From a virus, in IMG/VR virus record IMGVR_UViG_3300050144_000055: a DNA stretch of 33,972 nt. One strand, 5' to 3'. The position numbers were made by a program, and so were the translations under genes. Under the pieces are notes generated by a model, which was not told the origin of the DNA, made no database searches, and worked only from the letters and a program-made list of their open reading frames with translations. Positions within the stretch are counted from its first letter, which is position 1, and each line of letters begins with the position of its first letter. Below, piece after piece: positions 33,857-33,972 of this stretch.

Positions 33857-33972
33857 GCCTTGTGCTCCGGTGCTGCGGCGGTGTCCACGCTCGGATCAAA
33901 CCTGCCGGCGAATTTGTCAGCCGAGGCTTCATCGCAAAACGTGAAAGTCAGTACCTCGTCATAGCAAAACAC
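33853..33972 (-). CDS. C-terminal end of the junction-spanning gene (unique part 33853..33903; the rest duplicates 1..69)
   Basis: The frame from 1..552 continues as ...DKFAG-RFDPSVDTAAAPEHKA-TGA (stop 33855..33853). Together this gives a 200-aa protein on the circular molecule. Confidence 0.7.
   Translation of the reverse strand: MFCYDEVLTFTFCDEASADKFAGRFDPSVDTAAAPEHKA
33904..33972. repeat. Terminal direct repeat, copy 2 (identical to 1..69)
   Basis: Exact 69/69 match to the first 69 bases. This indicates circular closure or an assembly overlap. Confidence 0.95.

Noticed and set aside
1-33972. CRISPR arrays, rRNA, insertion sequences, and a diversity-generating retroelement (considered because podoviruses with receptor-binding variability sometimes carry one)
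   Set aside because: There are no regularly spaced repeats, no reverse transcriptase or transposase ORF, and no template/variable repeat pair near the tailspike.

Overview
The window is a complete, circularly closing phage genome. Bases 1-69 are identical to 33904-33972, giving about 33.9 kb of unique sequence. It is high-GC, very tightly packed, and has a P22-like podovirus virion module.

Layout:
- A leftward early operon runs from 5841 down to 1 and continues across the contig junction to 32968. It encodes an excisionase-type HTH protein, a coiled-coil protein, RecT, a YqaJ exonuclease, an H-NS-like protein and a Rha regulator.
- A lambda-cI-like short repressor (5956-6228, minus) is flanked by two clusters of TGTAGC-N3-GCTACA operators.
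- A rightward early/replication operon (6268-13038) encodes a Cro/YdaS-like protein, a KilA-N/ANT antirepressor, an HTH+DnaT-like initiator with internal iterons, a DnaB-like helicase, an HNH-like protein and RusA.
- A tRNA gene lies at 13095-13186.
- A late operon (13301-32883) encodes TerS, TerL, a GNAT, portal, scaffold, coat, adaptor/gp10-like proteins, ejection proteins, tailspike, holins, lysozyme, a second Rha and two Gp49-like paralogues. It ends at a bidirectional terminator.

Main finding: the amber codon TAG appears to be read as a sense codon in the virion module.
- Nine in-frame TAGs split seven otherwise contiguous structural genes: portal x2, scaffold, coat, a 112-aa protein x2, two ejection-type proteins, and tailspike.
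- No TGA or TAA interrupts any gene.
- Every early, replication, terminase and lysis gene is TAG-free.
- TAG terminates only one gene, the repressor, and a TAA follows two codons later.
- The phage encodes a complete 92-nt cloverleaf tRNA with anticodon CUA exactly at the early/late boundary. It has a long variable arm, G73 and G1-C72/G2-C71/A3-U70, which are Ser-type (supD-like) features.

Secondary observations:
- a G9 homopolymer frameshift in a conserved early gene
- a Shine-Dalgarno-led mini-ORF with two in-frame TAGs between the tRNA and terS
- no integrase despite a cI/cro-type switch

No rRNA, CRISPR array, transposase or reverse transcriptase was seen. All product calls rest on motif recognition by eye; no database search was run.
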